Shown piece by piece: positions 1 through 12,376 of a DNA stretch of 64,000 nt. Positions within the stretch are counted from its first letter, which is position 1. Each line of letters begins with the position of its first letter. A program made the position numbers and the translations under genes. Below the pieces are notes generated by a model. It was not told the DNA's origin, searched no databases, and worked only from the letters and a program-made list of their open reading frames with translations. Origin of the DNA: Eledone cirrhosa (lineage: Eukaryota); assembly GCA_964016885.1 (NCBI GenBank), contig OZ024747.1, positions 12,586,001 through 12,650,000 of the forward strand. Reading direction: 5' to 3'.

Positions 1-516
1 CAGTGACCCATTTATTTATTTTTCCCTCGCCTTATACTTTAGACATGGCTGTGTGACTTAAGAGTTTATTTCACAAACACATGGTTTCAGGTTTGGTCAC
101 ACTGCGTGATACTTTGGGCAAGTGTAGCCTCAACTTGACCAATCCCATCCAATCCAATCCAGGGCCTTCACACTTCTGTTTAGTTTTGGTCATGTCAGGG
201 GTGTAACCATACTCACCATACTTGGCCAATTGTGGGTTGGTGAGGCTTTTTAAACCATAGTTGAGGTGAATGGCCATTGACTCTGAGGAGTTTGTCTGCC
301 CTTTTAACAGCTTGTGGTTTTTGTGCTGCTGGGGTTCCACTTAATCTCCTCACCAAACAAGGGTTTGGTGGGGGAGCCTGTTTAGTCTCCGACCACTTGC
401 ATGTGTGTCTGTGTTTACGAGTGTTGTTTGTTTATGCCCTACAACTTACCAGTTTGACAAATGAAATTGATAAAATAAGTACTAGGGTTGATAAGCTTGC
501 TTAATTTCCCTCAATA

Positions 517-925
517 TGTTGCCCCAGCATGACCACAATCTAATAACTGGGTTGCCCCAACATGGCCAGTCTTATAACTGGGTTGCCCCAACATGGCCAG
601 TCTTATAACTGGGTTGCCCCAGCAAGGCCAGTCTAATAAATGGGTTGCTCCAGCAAGGCCAGTCTTATAACTGGGTTGCCCCAGCATGGCCACAGTCTAA
701 TAAATGGGTCGCCCCAGCATGGCCACAGTTTAATAAATGGGTTGCCCCAGCATGACCAGTCTAATAACTGGGTTGCCCTAGCATGGCCACAGTCTAATAA
801 CTGGGTTGCCCTAGCATGGCCACAGTCTAATAACTGGGTTGCTCAAGCATGGCCACAATCTAACAAATGGGTTGCCCCAGCATGGCCACAGTCTAATAAC
901 TGGGTTGCCCTAGCATGGCCACAGT
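517..925. repeat. Minisatellite, ~30-33 bp unit (tctaataactgggttgccccagcatggccacag), ~13 copies
   Basis: Direct tandem repeats visible. Confidence 0.92.
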
Positions 926-1414
926 GGAACCAGTTTATACATATGTTCCAACCAACTACAGAATGCACCAGGTGCATTTTAACATGACAGCAGCACTAAG
1001 GATGTTGGCATGTCCTTGACACAACTACAGAGTCCTCTCAATCATTTGTTTGACAAGTCTTTTACTGTTAGAAACTGTTAGATACCCTTCATGTCACAAA
1101 CAACTTTACAGGGTATAACTGCTATATTTATCATGTCACAATAGGCAAACAATAGATGATGTAGTCCGAAGTACGCTATTCCTAGAAAAATGGGTTGACT
1201 TGACTATCTTTGATCATAGGTCTGCTCAATGAGGACTTAAGATCTAAACATCAACACTAAGACGTTTGTAAATATGAAAGGTGGATGTAAAAGGTTACGT
1301 AACTAAAAAAAGACCTTGAAAATGGCTGTTATATAATTAAAATATTTTCTCATTTATTTTTACACTACCTCTCCTCCAATTGTAAAAACCCACAAAGTGT
1401 GTATGTATATATGT

Positions 1415-1683
1415 GTGTTTTAACGTCCATCTTCCATGCTAGCATGGGTTTGGACGGGAATTTTCCCACTTGAGGCAAGTTTGGTTGTCTTCCTCATATA
1501 GGACTGTCTGGCGGGTTTTCTACGGCTGGATGCCCTTCCTAACACCAACCACGTTTACAGTGTGGACTGGGAGGTTTTTACCGTGTTACCAACACGGCCA
1601 CATTACAGCATGGACTGTGTGTGTTTTTTTTTGTTGTGACACACCTACACGCCCTCATTTGTTTCGGACTGGATGCTGTGGTA
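1415..1683 (-). mobile_element. RTE 3'-UTR-like short element
   Basis: Reverse-complement match to 11015-11275. Related copies near 12390, 16490, 17780, 29095, 62340, 63010 and 63815. Confidence 0.8.
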
Positions 1684-2177
1684 TGTATATTTGTGTGTAT
1701 GTATGTATATTTGTATATGTATGTGTGTATGATTATTTGTGTATATATATATATATATATATATGTATATTTGTGTGTGTATATATATATATATATGTGT
1801 ATGTATGTATATTTGTATATGTATGTGTGTATGATTATTTGTGTATATATATATATGTATATTTGTGTGTATATATATGTATATTTGTGTGTATGTATAC
1901 GTGTGTGTGTGTGTATAAGTCTGCAATGTGACAGCTTTACACAATGCATAAAAAGAGGGAGGGAGGAGAAAGAAAAACAGCAAAGTAACAACAGCAATAA
2001 TAAAGAAAGCTCCAACCCTGAGCAAGAGAAGGTAGCAGTAAATTATTGTGTTACTCTCATTTGATTTCTGTTTTTACTTTTAATAATAAACAATGTCAAT
2101 AATCTGTTATGTTATAAAGTGTAAAAGTATGTGACTCATTTCAAAGGGTTCTGTTTAACTTTTTATGTGTCATTGGC

Positions 2178-2410
2178 TGTGTGTGTGTATTTGTTGGGCT
2201 GTATGTGTGTGTATTTGTTGGGCTGTATGTGTGTGTATTTGTTGGGCTGTATGTGTGTGTATTTGTTGGGCTGTATGTGTGTGTATTTGTTGGGCTGTAT
2301 GTGTGTGTATTTGTTGCGCTGTATGTATGTGTATTTGTTGCGCTGTATGTGTGTGTGAGTGTATTTGTTGCGCTGTATGTGTGTATTTGTTGGGCTGTAT
2401 GTGTGAGTGT
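2178..2410. repeat. Minisatellite, 24-bp unit (tatttgttgggctgtatgtgtgtg)
   Basis: About 9 tandem copies. Confidence 0.92.
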
Positions 2411-2424
2411 ATTTGTCTCTGTGT

Positions 2425-3077
2425 GTCATCATCATCATCACCATTTTACGTCCGTTCTTCCCCACTATCATTGGTTAGATGGGTTGTCCTGTTGTGGCAG
2501 TGTCCAGTCGGCTGACCTTGTCTTGCTCATACAGGAACTGATTTGGGCTTGATTTCTACAGCTGGATGCCCTTCCTAACACCAACCTCATTTACAGTGAG
2601 TGCTGGGTGCTTTTTTGCCATGGCACCTCCATGACCACTTTGTCATGGAATGATAGGGACCCCAGTCCTATCATTTCTACATTTGAGTAAACTGGAGCAA
2701 TGTGAAATAAAGTGTCTTGCTCAAGGAAACAATACATCACCTGGTCCGAGAATGAACTCACAACCTTTCGATTGCAAGCCCAATGCTCTAACCACTAAGC
2801 CATGCTCATACAGGAACTGATTCTGGCTTGATTTCTACAGCTGGATGCCCTTCCTAACACCAACCTCATTTACAGTGAGTGCTGGGTGCTTTTTGCCATG
2901 GCACCTACACGACCACTTTGCAGTGGAATGATAGGGACCCCTACAGCTGAGTAAACTGGAGCAATGTGAAATAAAGTGTCTTGCTCAAGGAAACAACACA
3001 TCACCCAGTCTGAGAATTGAACTCACAACCTTTCAATTGCAAGGCCAATGCTCTAACCACTAAGCCATGTGCCTCCA
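2425..3077 (-). mobile_element. SINE family A tandem dimer
   Basis: Two consecutive copies of the 17390-type element; the 5' end abuts (TA)n. Confidence 0.82.
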
Positions 3078-4825
3078 TATATATATATATATTTGTTTTT
3101 ATGTATATATATATATTTGTTTTTGTGTGTGTATGTGTGTATGTATATATATATCTATTTGTGTGTGTGTATGAGATTCCAGTTTCCCTTCTATAAAACT
3201 TAAATCGTAGGGAATTGATCAATCTAATTTATTTTACTGGTTATTTCCATGCCATAACTGTATCCTAAACAGTTTATTTGATTAGCCACTTCCATGCAAT
3301 AGTTGTGTTCAAACATATGATGATGTCTACCTTACAATAGTAATATTACCATCATTTTCAAGCAAGTAAAGCAACATCCAGATTAAACACAAGCAAAAAT
3401 ATAATATTGCAATGAACAAAAGTACAAAGTGAGTGTAATTCCACTGTGAAGGAATGAGTAGAAAAAAGCTTTTACTGTAAATAATCTTATCTGGCTTTCT
3501 GCCATCTTTTCAAAGCTCCACTTTCTCATTTCCTTTTATCATCAATATTTATTTTCTATGATTAGCTTCATCACTGATTTACATCTATTTTCCATACTTG
3601 CATGGGTTAGATTTGTAGTAAATTTTTACAGAGTAGGGAGTGTAAATTGACTAAATTAATCTCAGTATATTACTGGTATTAACCCCTTCATGATCTTATT
3701 TCTATCAAGATTATACAACCTTTGAGTTTTTGATTATCAAAATAATCAAGAATTATCAGAGGTTTAGTGAAATAAATAACTTTTAATGAATATTTAACTA
3801 CTCATCTTGTATGTAATAATGGTTTCTGATTTAGGCAAAAGGCCAACAGTTTAAATCAACCCCAGTGTATTACTGCTACTTTATCTTATCAATCCCATAA
3901 GAATGAAAGGCAAAGCTAACCTTGTTCGGACCAAGATTTAGATTTGAACATTTTATTGGAGGCAGTGTTGGGCAGGTTTATATTTGAAAGGGAAATTGGC
4001 TGTGAAAGGGTGAAACAATGGTGTAGTTCAAATTTGAAATGTTGAGAGGACAATGTTAAAAAATCTGATATTTAGGTTATAATGCTTTGTAAATTATTGG
4101 TATGTTTTTGTTTCTTTTTCTCCCTTTTTAACCCTGTAGTTACCAACTCTGCCAACACTGGCTCTGATTCTATGAAATAAAACCACACATTTTAAAGGTT
4201 TCTAATTTAAATTAAAATCTTTCAGCATAATTTTATATAAGAACCTTTCATTAAATTAGTAATGAAATAATTAATAATTTTAGTAAATCTCTTGAAATTC
4301 TTCATTAATTAATTAAAACTGTCTTTCATTAGAAATGTGGTCACAAAAGGGTTAATAACTACACAAACTGCACAACACATTTGCCATCAGACTTACCTAA
4401 TATCAATAGGTACTCCTGAATATCTATAAGTATTGTTAACATGTATGATTAGTAAATTAATTATACTGTTTTCTGAATAACAATATTATATTAGGTGACA
4501 GATTGTCACCACCTGTGTGGCATTTTAATATATTTATTTATTGATTATCACATTTGGTGATATTGTGCTGATGGTTACAGGTTTCCAAAAAGCCGATTAC
4601 TGGTTCATTGCATATTTTATGTGTCTGGTTCAATACAGAACAAATATTTCTATGGACTTAATTTATAAAAAATTAAATAAAAAAAAAATTTTCTTGCCTA
4701 TATTTATAACCTTCACTGATATATATTAATGAAAGTTCAGGCATTGCTGTATGGTTAAGAAGTTTGTTTCACAACTGCAATTTGGTAAGCAGAAACTGTG
4801 TGAAAGCCCGTTATATATATATATA

Positions 4826-5008
4826 AGAGTCAGGACCCCGACGGCTGAGCTCCGGCCGTTTCGACAGCCAGTTCAGAAATAGCTGTCGAAACGGCCGGAG
4901 CTCAGCTGTCGGGGTCCTGACTCTTTTCCTATTACCCACTCTACTACCTAAAGTATCAAGTACTCTGGTGCGTTATGGTCCACCTGGTTCCTTACCACAC
5001 TTCCTTCG

Positions 5009-5010
<2 letters not shown>
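4826..5010. mobile_element. GC-rich fold-back element inserted in (TA)n (Penelope-like)
   Basis: About 43-bp inverted arms plus a unique tail. Second copy at 62820-63005; rearranged copy at 18108-18190. Confidence 0.6.
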
Positions 5011-5044
<34 letters not shown>

Positions 5045-5328
5045 GTGTGTGTTTACATCTACACCTTTTAATAACTAGTCCTGTATCTTAGCAGTTTCAC
5101 AAATAGAAATTGATGAAATGATAACAAACTTAAAAATAATAAGTATTGATGTCAATATGATTGATTAAACCTTTGAAGGCTGTGCCCCAGCCTGGCCACT
5201 ATTCAGTGACTGAAACCAGTAAAAGAATATACACATATCATCATTGCTATTTTACAAGCTTGCAGGGGTTGAACAAGCTTATGGCAGTTATGTCATCTCC
5301 TTTGTGATGTTCAGGCTCATGAGATCAG

Positions 5329-5547
5329 CCTTTAGCATTTAAACCGGCCGTATCCAGCCAGAATTCTCTCACCTCTCTCTCTGTTCAAACCGGCTGTAAC
5401 CAGCCGCTCATACTGATGTTAAGGTATTTTCAAAATAAATATCAAAATCTCATGGATTCGATATTATATGAAATAATTATGTATGATAAAGCCTTTACTG
5501 TGGAAATATAATAGTTAATATAGAGTAATGTAAATGTTAAAAGATAA
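5329..5547. mobile_element. piggyBac-type MITE copy
   Basis: Same internal sequence as 20769; ends eroded. Confidence 0.8.
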
Positions 5548-5734
5548 ACCACTTCTTTCTATGTTTTCCTTTGTGTCCTTCTGTGGGGCTCGTTTCCTCT
5601 TGGATTGCATGACACTACTATATATATAAAAAGTAAAAACCCTCATGTCAAAAAAAAAAACATATGGGATGGTCATGGCTGGAATGCATTTGATCTTCGG
5701 TCAGTCAAGGCAGATTACATAGTTAACAGCAATA

Positions 5735-6315
5735 TTTGACCTGAGATCAATCAAGGCTGACATAGAGCTAACAACAACCACACAAATTTGATCTTGGATC
5801 AACCAGTGCTAACATGGAGCTAACAACAACAGCATTTGATCCTAGGTCAACCAGGGCTAACTGCAACATTTGATCCTAGGTCAATCAGGGCTAACATAGG
5901 GTTCACAACAATAGTTGATCCTAGATCAACCTGGACTAACATAGTTAACAACATTTGATCCTAGGTCAACCTGGGCTAACATAGTTAACAACATTTGATC
6001 CTAGGTCAACCTAGGCTAACATAGTTAACAACATTTGATCCTAGGTCAACCTGGGCTAACATAGTTAACATTTGATCCTAGGTCAACCTGGGCTAACATA
6101 GTTAACAACATTTGATCCTAGGTCAACCTGGGCTAACATAGTTAACAACATTTGATCCTAGGTCAACCTGGGCTAACATAGTTAACATTTGATCCTAGGT
6201 CAACCTGGGCTAACATAGAGCTAACAACAACATTTGATTTTAGATCAACCGGGGATGACATAGATAGAGCTAATGATATTTGATCTTGAGCCAATTGAGG
6301 CTGACATAGAGCTAA
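5735..6315. repeat. Minisatellite, ~37-40 bp unit (atttgatcctaggtcaacctgggctaacatagttaacaac)
   Basis: Homogeneous centre with diverged edges. Confidence 0.92.
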
Positions 6316-6820
6316 CAACATTAACATCATTTACCCAACATATACACATCACAAATACATTCACACTTATATATCAACATCACCCATAACCAAACACTTC
6401 CACACCAGCACCACACATTTTCATAGCATCATTATACATACACGCCACCACCACCATTTATTCCTTCAGTGTAATTAGGGTCGTTACAAATTTCCTTTTA
6501 TTAAACATCACTTATTGATTTACAAATTATATCTCATTAATCTTTATTATCTGTAATTAAAACTGATTGGTAGCAAGTGTAAGTTGTAATATACAGTCCC
6601 TGCTATAGTATCATCGTGTACACATGTATCTATGGCCCTGTAACTCCTGAGAGTATCGTAAGGGTGCTATAATGATATGTGGGATTTCTAGGGCATTTTT
6701 AAACCTTGTGGAGCCCATCTCCTCTCCAGGTCTGAATACAGCAGATTTCTTCCTGAGAAGGATAGAGAAGGAGAGAATGGAAGTGAGAAAGAGGAAGAAT
6801 TGACCCAGAATGTTATCATA

Positions 6821-8533
6821 CACTGTTGTAATATATAGTCACTGTTGTGATATATAGTCACTGTTGTGATATATAGTCTGTTGTGATATATAGTCACTGT
6901 TGTGATATATAGTCACTGTTGTGATATATAGTCACTGTTGTAATATATAGTCACTGTTGTGATATATAGTCACTGTTGTGATATATAGTCACTGTTGTAA
7001 TATATAGTCACTGTTGTGATATATAGTCACTGTTGTGATATATAGTCACTGTTGTAATATATAGTCACTGTTGTGATATATAGTCACTGTTGTGATATAT
7101 AGTCACTGTTGTAATATATAGTCACTGTTGTGATATATAGTCACTGTTGTGATATATAGTCACTGTTGTAATATATAGTCACTGTTGTGATATATAGTCA
7201 CTGTTGTGATATATAGTCACTGTTGTGATATATAGTCACTGTTGTGATATATAGTCACTGTTGTAATATATAGTCACTGTTGTGATATATAGTCACTGTT
7301 GTGATATATAGTCACTGTTGTGATATATAGTCACTGTTGTGATATATAGTCACTGTTGTAATATATAGTCACTGTTGTGATATATAGTCACTGTTGTAAT
7401 ATATAGTCACTGTTGTAATATATAGTCACTGTTGTAATATATAGTCACTGTTGTAATATATAGTCACTGTTGTAATATATAGTCACTGTTGTGATATATA
7501 GTCACTGTTGTGATATATAGTCACTGTTGTGATATATAGTCACTGTTGTAATATATAGTCACTGTTGTGATATATATAGTCACTGTTGTAATATATAGTC
7601 ACTGTTGTGATATATATAGTCACTGTTGTGATATATAGTCACTGTTGTGATATATAGTCACTGTTGTGATATATATAGTCACTGTTGTGATATATAGTCA
7701 CTGTTGTGATATATAGTCACTGTTGTGATATATATAGTCACTGTTGTAATATATAGTCACTGTTGTGATATATATAGTCACTGTTGTAATATATAGTCAC
7801 TGTTGTGATATATATAGTCACTGTTGTGATATATAGTCACTGTTGTGATATATAGTCACTGTTGTGATATATATAGTCACTGTTGTGATATATAGTCACT
7901 GTTGTGATATATAGTCACTGTTGTGATATATAGTCACTGTTGTGATATATAGTCACTGTTGTGATATATAGTCACTGTTGTGATATATAGTCACTGTTGT
8001 GATATATAGTCACTGTTGTAATATATAGTCACTGTTGTGATATATATAGTCACTGTTGTAATATATAGTCACTGTTGTAATATATAGTCACTGTTGTGAT
8101 ATATAGTCACTGTTGTGATATATAGTCACTGTTGTGATATATAGTCACTGTTGTGATATATAGTCACTGTTGTAATATATAGTCACTGTTGTGATATATA
8201 GTCACTGTTGTGATATATATAGTCACTGTTGTGATATATATAGTCACTGTTGTAATATATAGTCTGTTGTGATATATAGTCACTGTTGTGATATATAGTC
8301 ACTGTTGTGATATATAGTCACTGTTGTGATATATAGTCACTGTTGTGATATATAGTCACTGTTGTAATATATAGTCACTGTTGTGATATATAGTCACTGT
8401 TGTAATATATAGTCACTGTTGTAATATATAGTCACTGTTGTAATATATAGTCACTGTTGTAATATATAGTCACTGTTGTGATATATAGTCTGTTGTGATA
8501 TATAGTCACTGTTGTGATATATAGTCACTGTTG

Positions 8534-8587
<54 letters not shown>

Positions 8588-8610
8588 ACTGTTGTAATAT
8601 ATAGTCACTT
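6821..8610. repeat. Minisatellite, 19-bp unit (RatatatagtcactgttgT), ~90 copies
   Basis: Highly homogeneous array with G/A and +TA variants; a (TA)n expansion near its end. Confidence 0.97.
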
Positions 8611-8744
8611 GTTACCATATCATATAATATTCAGTAACTGTATATTAGTATAAGTAATATATCATTTGTAGTATTATACACATGCCACCATTATACTATG
8701 TGTGTGTATTTGCATGTAAATATATATATCTACATCATATATAT

Positions 8745-9400
8745 CGTCATCATCATTGTTTATACATCCGCTTTTCCATGCTTGTATGGGTTGGCTGGGT
8801 CCTTTTCTGCACAACATCTCTCCACTTGCTGTGTTCCTTCATCATTTCCACTGTGAGTCTCAGCAATATGAGATCAGCTCTCACCACCCTTGCCAAGGTC
8901 TTCCTTGGTCTGCCTCAACTGTGGCTTCCCTCCACTGGGATTTCTTGGCACTTCATCCAGTGATCATTATCTATGTGCATCACATGTCCAAACCAATGCA
9001 GTCTTTTCTCTTGCACACCATTTCTGATTCCTCTTAAACCCAGTTACTCCCTCAGTTCATCCAAGCTCAGCCTTTCTCTCACACTTACATTGGACATCCA
9101 ACACAACATGGTTGCTTCATTTCTCTCCAGCCTACACATGTCCTCTGCACTCACAGCCCATGTTTCACTACCATGCAGCATCACACTTAGCACATAGGCA
9201 TCAAACAGTCATCCTTTTGTACATTGGGAGAAACCTTTTGTTGTCAACAGTAGGAGAAGTTCTCTAATTTTCTTTCATCCTATCCTTATTCTAGATATTA
9301 TGGTCTCTTAGCATTCTCCTCTGCTGCTAATTAGATCACCTTGTGTACATCGTAGAGTTTTCACCTACTCTTTTTCTACATATTGAACAGGGCCACTACC
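8745..9400 (-). mobile_element. Older, diverged RTE 3' fragment lying head-to-head with the + copy
   Basis: Minus strand encodes GRPRKTL-like and ELLLLLTTKGFS-like residues with disruptions; (CAT)n tail at the left end. Confidence 0.8.
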
Positions 9401-9440
9401 GTGGGGAAATCAAGGTTCTGTCTTCTTCCTTTATACTACA

Positions 9441-11287
9441 TGCTACAAGGGTAAAGGAGATGCCCTAGATAGGAGTAACTATAGAGGCATTAAATTAATC
9501 GACCAGGTCATGAAGGTCACAGAAAAAGTAATAGCGCAACTAATCAGAGAGAATTGATCTAGATGAAATGCAGTTCGGGTTTGTGTCAGGTAAAAGTACC
9601 ACAGACGCTCTTTTCATTCTACGACAACTACAGGAGAAGTACCTAGCTAAAAGAAAACCCCTATACTTAGCTTTTGTCGACTTGGAGAAAGCCTTCGACA
9701 GAGTCCCCCGTTCCATTATCTGGTGGGCTCTTAGAAAACTAGGTGTTGATGAATGGCTTGTGAGAGCTATACAAGCCATGTATAAAGAAACAGTCAGCAA
9801 GGTTAGAATTAACAACGAATATAGTGAAGAGTTTAGCGTAAAAGTTGGTGTTCATCAGGACTCCGTTCTTAGCCCCCTACTATTTATTATTGCTCTTCAG
9901 GCTATAACAGTGGAGTTCAAGACCGGCTGCCCATGGGAACTCCTATACACAGATGATCTAACGCTCATAGCTGAATCAATGGCCGAACTAGAGAAGAAAT
10001 TCCAAACATGGAAGCATGGCCTAGAATCAAAAGGCCTTAAAATTAACCTGTCTAAGACTAAAGTTCTAGTTTGTAGGAAGGAAAATAGGGCACCGGTCCC
10101 ATCCGGGAAATGGCCATGCTCGGTGTGTAGGAAAGGAGTAGGTAGAAACTCCATTTTATATCCCAAATGCAAAGTATGGGTGCATAAAAGATGTAGTGGG
10201 ATCACAGGTAAGCTAACTAAGAACATAGATTTTATATGTGGCCGGTGCTCTGGTGCAATAAGTAGCAGCAAGTGCCCACAGAATACTAGCTCATTCCATT
10301 GCACAGATGGTTCTATAGAAATAATGGACACCTTCCGTTACTTGGGTGACAAAATCAGCAGTGGTGGAGGGTGCTCTGAAAGTACAGTAGCTAGAGTCAG
10401 AACTGGATGGAAAAAGTTCAGAGAGCTTATACCACTATTAGCCACTAAAGGGTTCTCTCTAAAAATGAAAGGCAGGCTGTATGATGCCTGCATACTAACA
10501 GCAATGTTACATAGCAGTGAGACCTGGGCATTGTGTGCAGAGGATATACGCAGACTGGAGAGGAACGAAGCTTGCATGCTCCACTGGATGTGTAATAGTA
10601 ATATATGTGAACGGCAAAGCATAAACGAACTAAGGGAAAAATTAGAAATAAGAGGGATCAGATGTTGTTTACTCGAGAGAAGACTATGTTGGTATGGTCA
10701 CGTGATGCGTATGAAAGACGACAGCTGTATAAAAAAGTGCAAGGCAATAAAAATAGACGGTAGCCACGGAGTAGGCAGACCCAGAAAAACCTGGGACGAC
10801 TTGATAAATTCCGACCTCACACACTTACACCTCTCCAAGACAATGTCACTGGACCGAGATCTTTGGCGCTACACAGTAATAGAGAAGACCCGCCTTACTT
10901 AAGTACAAAGTGAAACCTACTACAGTCAGTAGGCACCTCTAACAAAATACACCCCCGTCCCACTGTCCCCACCCCATCCACACCACCCCTTTCAATGTAA
11001 AGTTATGTTGGTACCACAACATCCAGTCTGAAACAAATGAGGTCGTGTAGGTGTCACGACAAAAAAACACACAGTCCACGCTGTAATGTGGCCGTGTAGG
11101 CAACACAGTAAAAACCTCCCAGACCCACACTGTAAATGTGGTTGGTGTTAGGAAGGGCATCCAACTGTAGAAAACCTGCCAGACAGTCCTATGCGAGCAA
11201 GACAACCACCCTTGCCTCAAGTGGGAAAACTCCCGTCCAAACCCATGCAAGCGTGGAAGATGGACGTTAAACGATGATGATGATGAT
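9441..11287 (+). mobile_element. 5'-truncated RTE-clade non-LTR retrotransposon (RT region, 3' UTR, (GAT)n tail)
   Basis: CYKGKGDALDRSNYRGIKL from 9441, frameshift in an AG run near 9550, then ORF 9568-10902 with QFGF, AFVDLEKAFDRV, GVHQDSVLSP, YTDD, FRYLG, GRPRKTW. Ends cccatgcaagcgtggaagatggacgttaaacgatgatgatg. Confidence 0.92.
9568..10902 (+). pseudogene. LINE reverse transcriptase ORF remnant, 444 aa
   Basis: No endonuclease domain; upstream frameshift; motif substitutions QGS>QDS and YADD>YTDD suggest it is inactive. Confidence 0.85.
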
Positions 11288-11764
11288 ATCTTTTACACTT
11301 GGTTTACATATATATATATATATATATATTATATATGGTCAGCCGACCAGACACTGCCCACAACAGGACAACCCGTCTAACCCATGCTAGTGTGGAAGAA
11401 CGGACGTAAAACGGTGATGATGATGATGATGATGATAATGTGTGTGTTTGCGTGGGTGCAGGATATCCTGAGATAAAAGGCTGTGGAAAACATTGCTCAA
11501 TTTATTGCAAGAGAGCTTATATAGTATAATTAAAATTTCACACACTTAACGTGTATGCAAATCTTAAGTGTGTATGAAATTTTAACTATATATATTTGGC
11601 TATGCGAATTATTATTTAACCATCGTCTCAGTGTGGTTGGCGTTTAACGTTTGTTATAGCTCTGGTTCATCTGAACCATTGAGCACTTGCCTCACACCTC
11701 AGAGGTTGTTTTTCCTTATTTCGTGGGCCGAAATGCGAATCTCGATAATTTATGTTTGTATATA

Positions 11765-12099
11765 TCATCATTTTATTTTACGTCCGCTTTTTCCCTGCTT
11801 GCAAGGGTGGGACGGGAAGTGATTCTGGCTTGATTTCTACAGCTGGATGCCCTTCCTAACACCAACCTCATTTACAGTGAGTGCTGGGTGCTTTTTTTCC
11901 GTGACGCCTCCACGACCACTTTGTAGTGGAATGATATGGACCCCAATCCCTATCATCTCATTTCTACAGCTGAGTAAACTGGAGCAATGTGAAATAAAGT
12001 GTCTTGCTCAAGGAAACAACACATCACCCGGTCTGAGAATTGAACTCGCAACCTTTTGATTGCAAGGCCAATGCTCTAACCACTAAGCCATGTGCCTCC
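11765..12099 (-). mobile_element. SINE family A
   Basis: Near-identical to 17390-17720. Confidence 0.85.
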
Positions 12100-12253
12100 A
12101 TATATATATATCATCATCATCATCACCGTTTAACAACCATTTTTCTACACTAGCAGGGATATATATCTATATATATATATATCCGTATGTGGTTGATAGC
12201 TGGAAGAAAAGAGTACTCAATACCAAAGTAGGGTTTTAATATTATTTTATTAA

Positions 12254-12376
12254 GGCTAAATAGTAAGTCTTGTTACTCTGGAGTTTCGCCTGTTTATCAC
12301 AGGATCATTAGTTCTTATTTGATGACCCTGTGATAAACAGGTGAAACACTAGAGTAACAAGACTCATTATTTAGCC
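12254..12376. ncRNA. Inverted pair of degenerate type-I hammerhead ribozyme motifs (Penelope-like relic)
   Basis: + strand: tTGATGA-c-cctgt-gataa-acagg-t-GAAAC...GTA. - strand: CTaATGA-t-cctgt-gataa-acagg-c-GAAAC-tccaga-GTA. (TA)n nearby. Confidence 0.65.

Noticed and set aside
640-987. Repetitive ORF (WPQSNNWVALA)n
   Set aside because: Read-through of a 33-bp minisatellite; no splice or homology support.
1470-2552. Several 100-150 aa ORFs rich in Y/I/C/V/H/T
   Set aside because: Translations of (TA)n/(TG)n microsatellites and the 24-bp minisatellite; open in many frames on both strands.
5735-8610. Regular repeats as a possible CRISPR array
   Set aside because: Units are contiguous with no unique spacers, there are no cas genes, and the context is eukaryotic.
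9540-10622. Antisense ORFs overlapping the RT
   Set aside because: Shadow frames of the LINE coding sequence.
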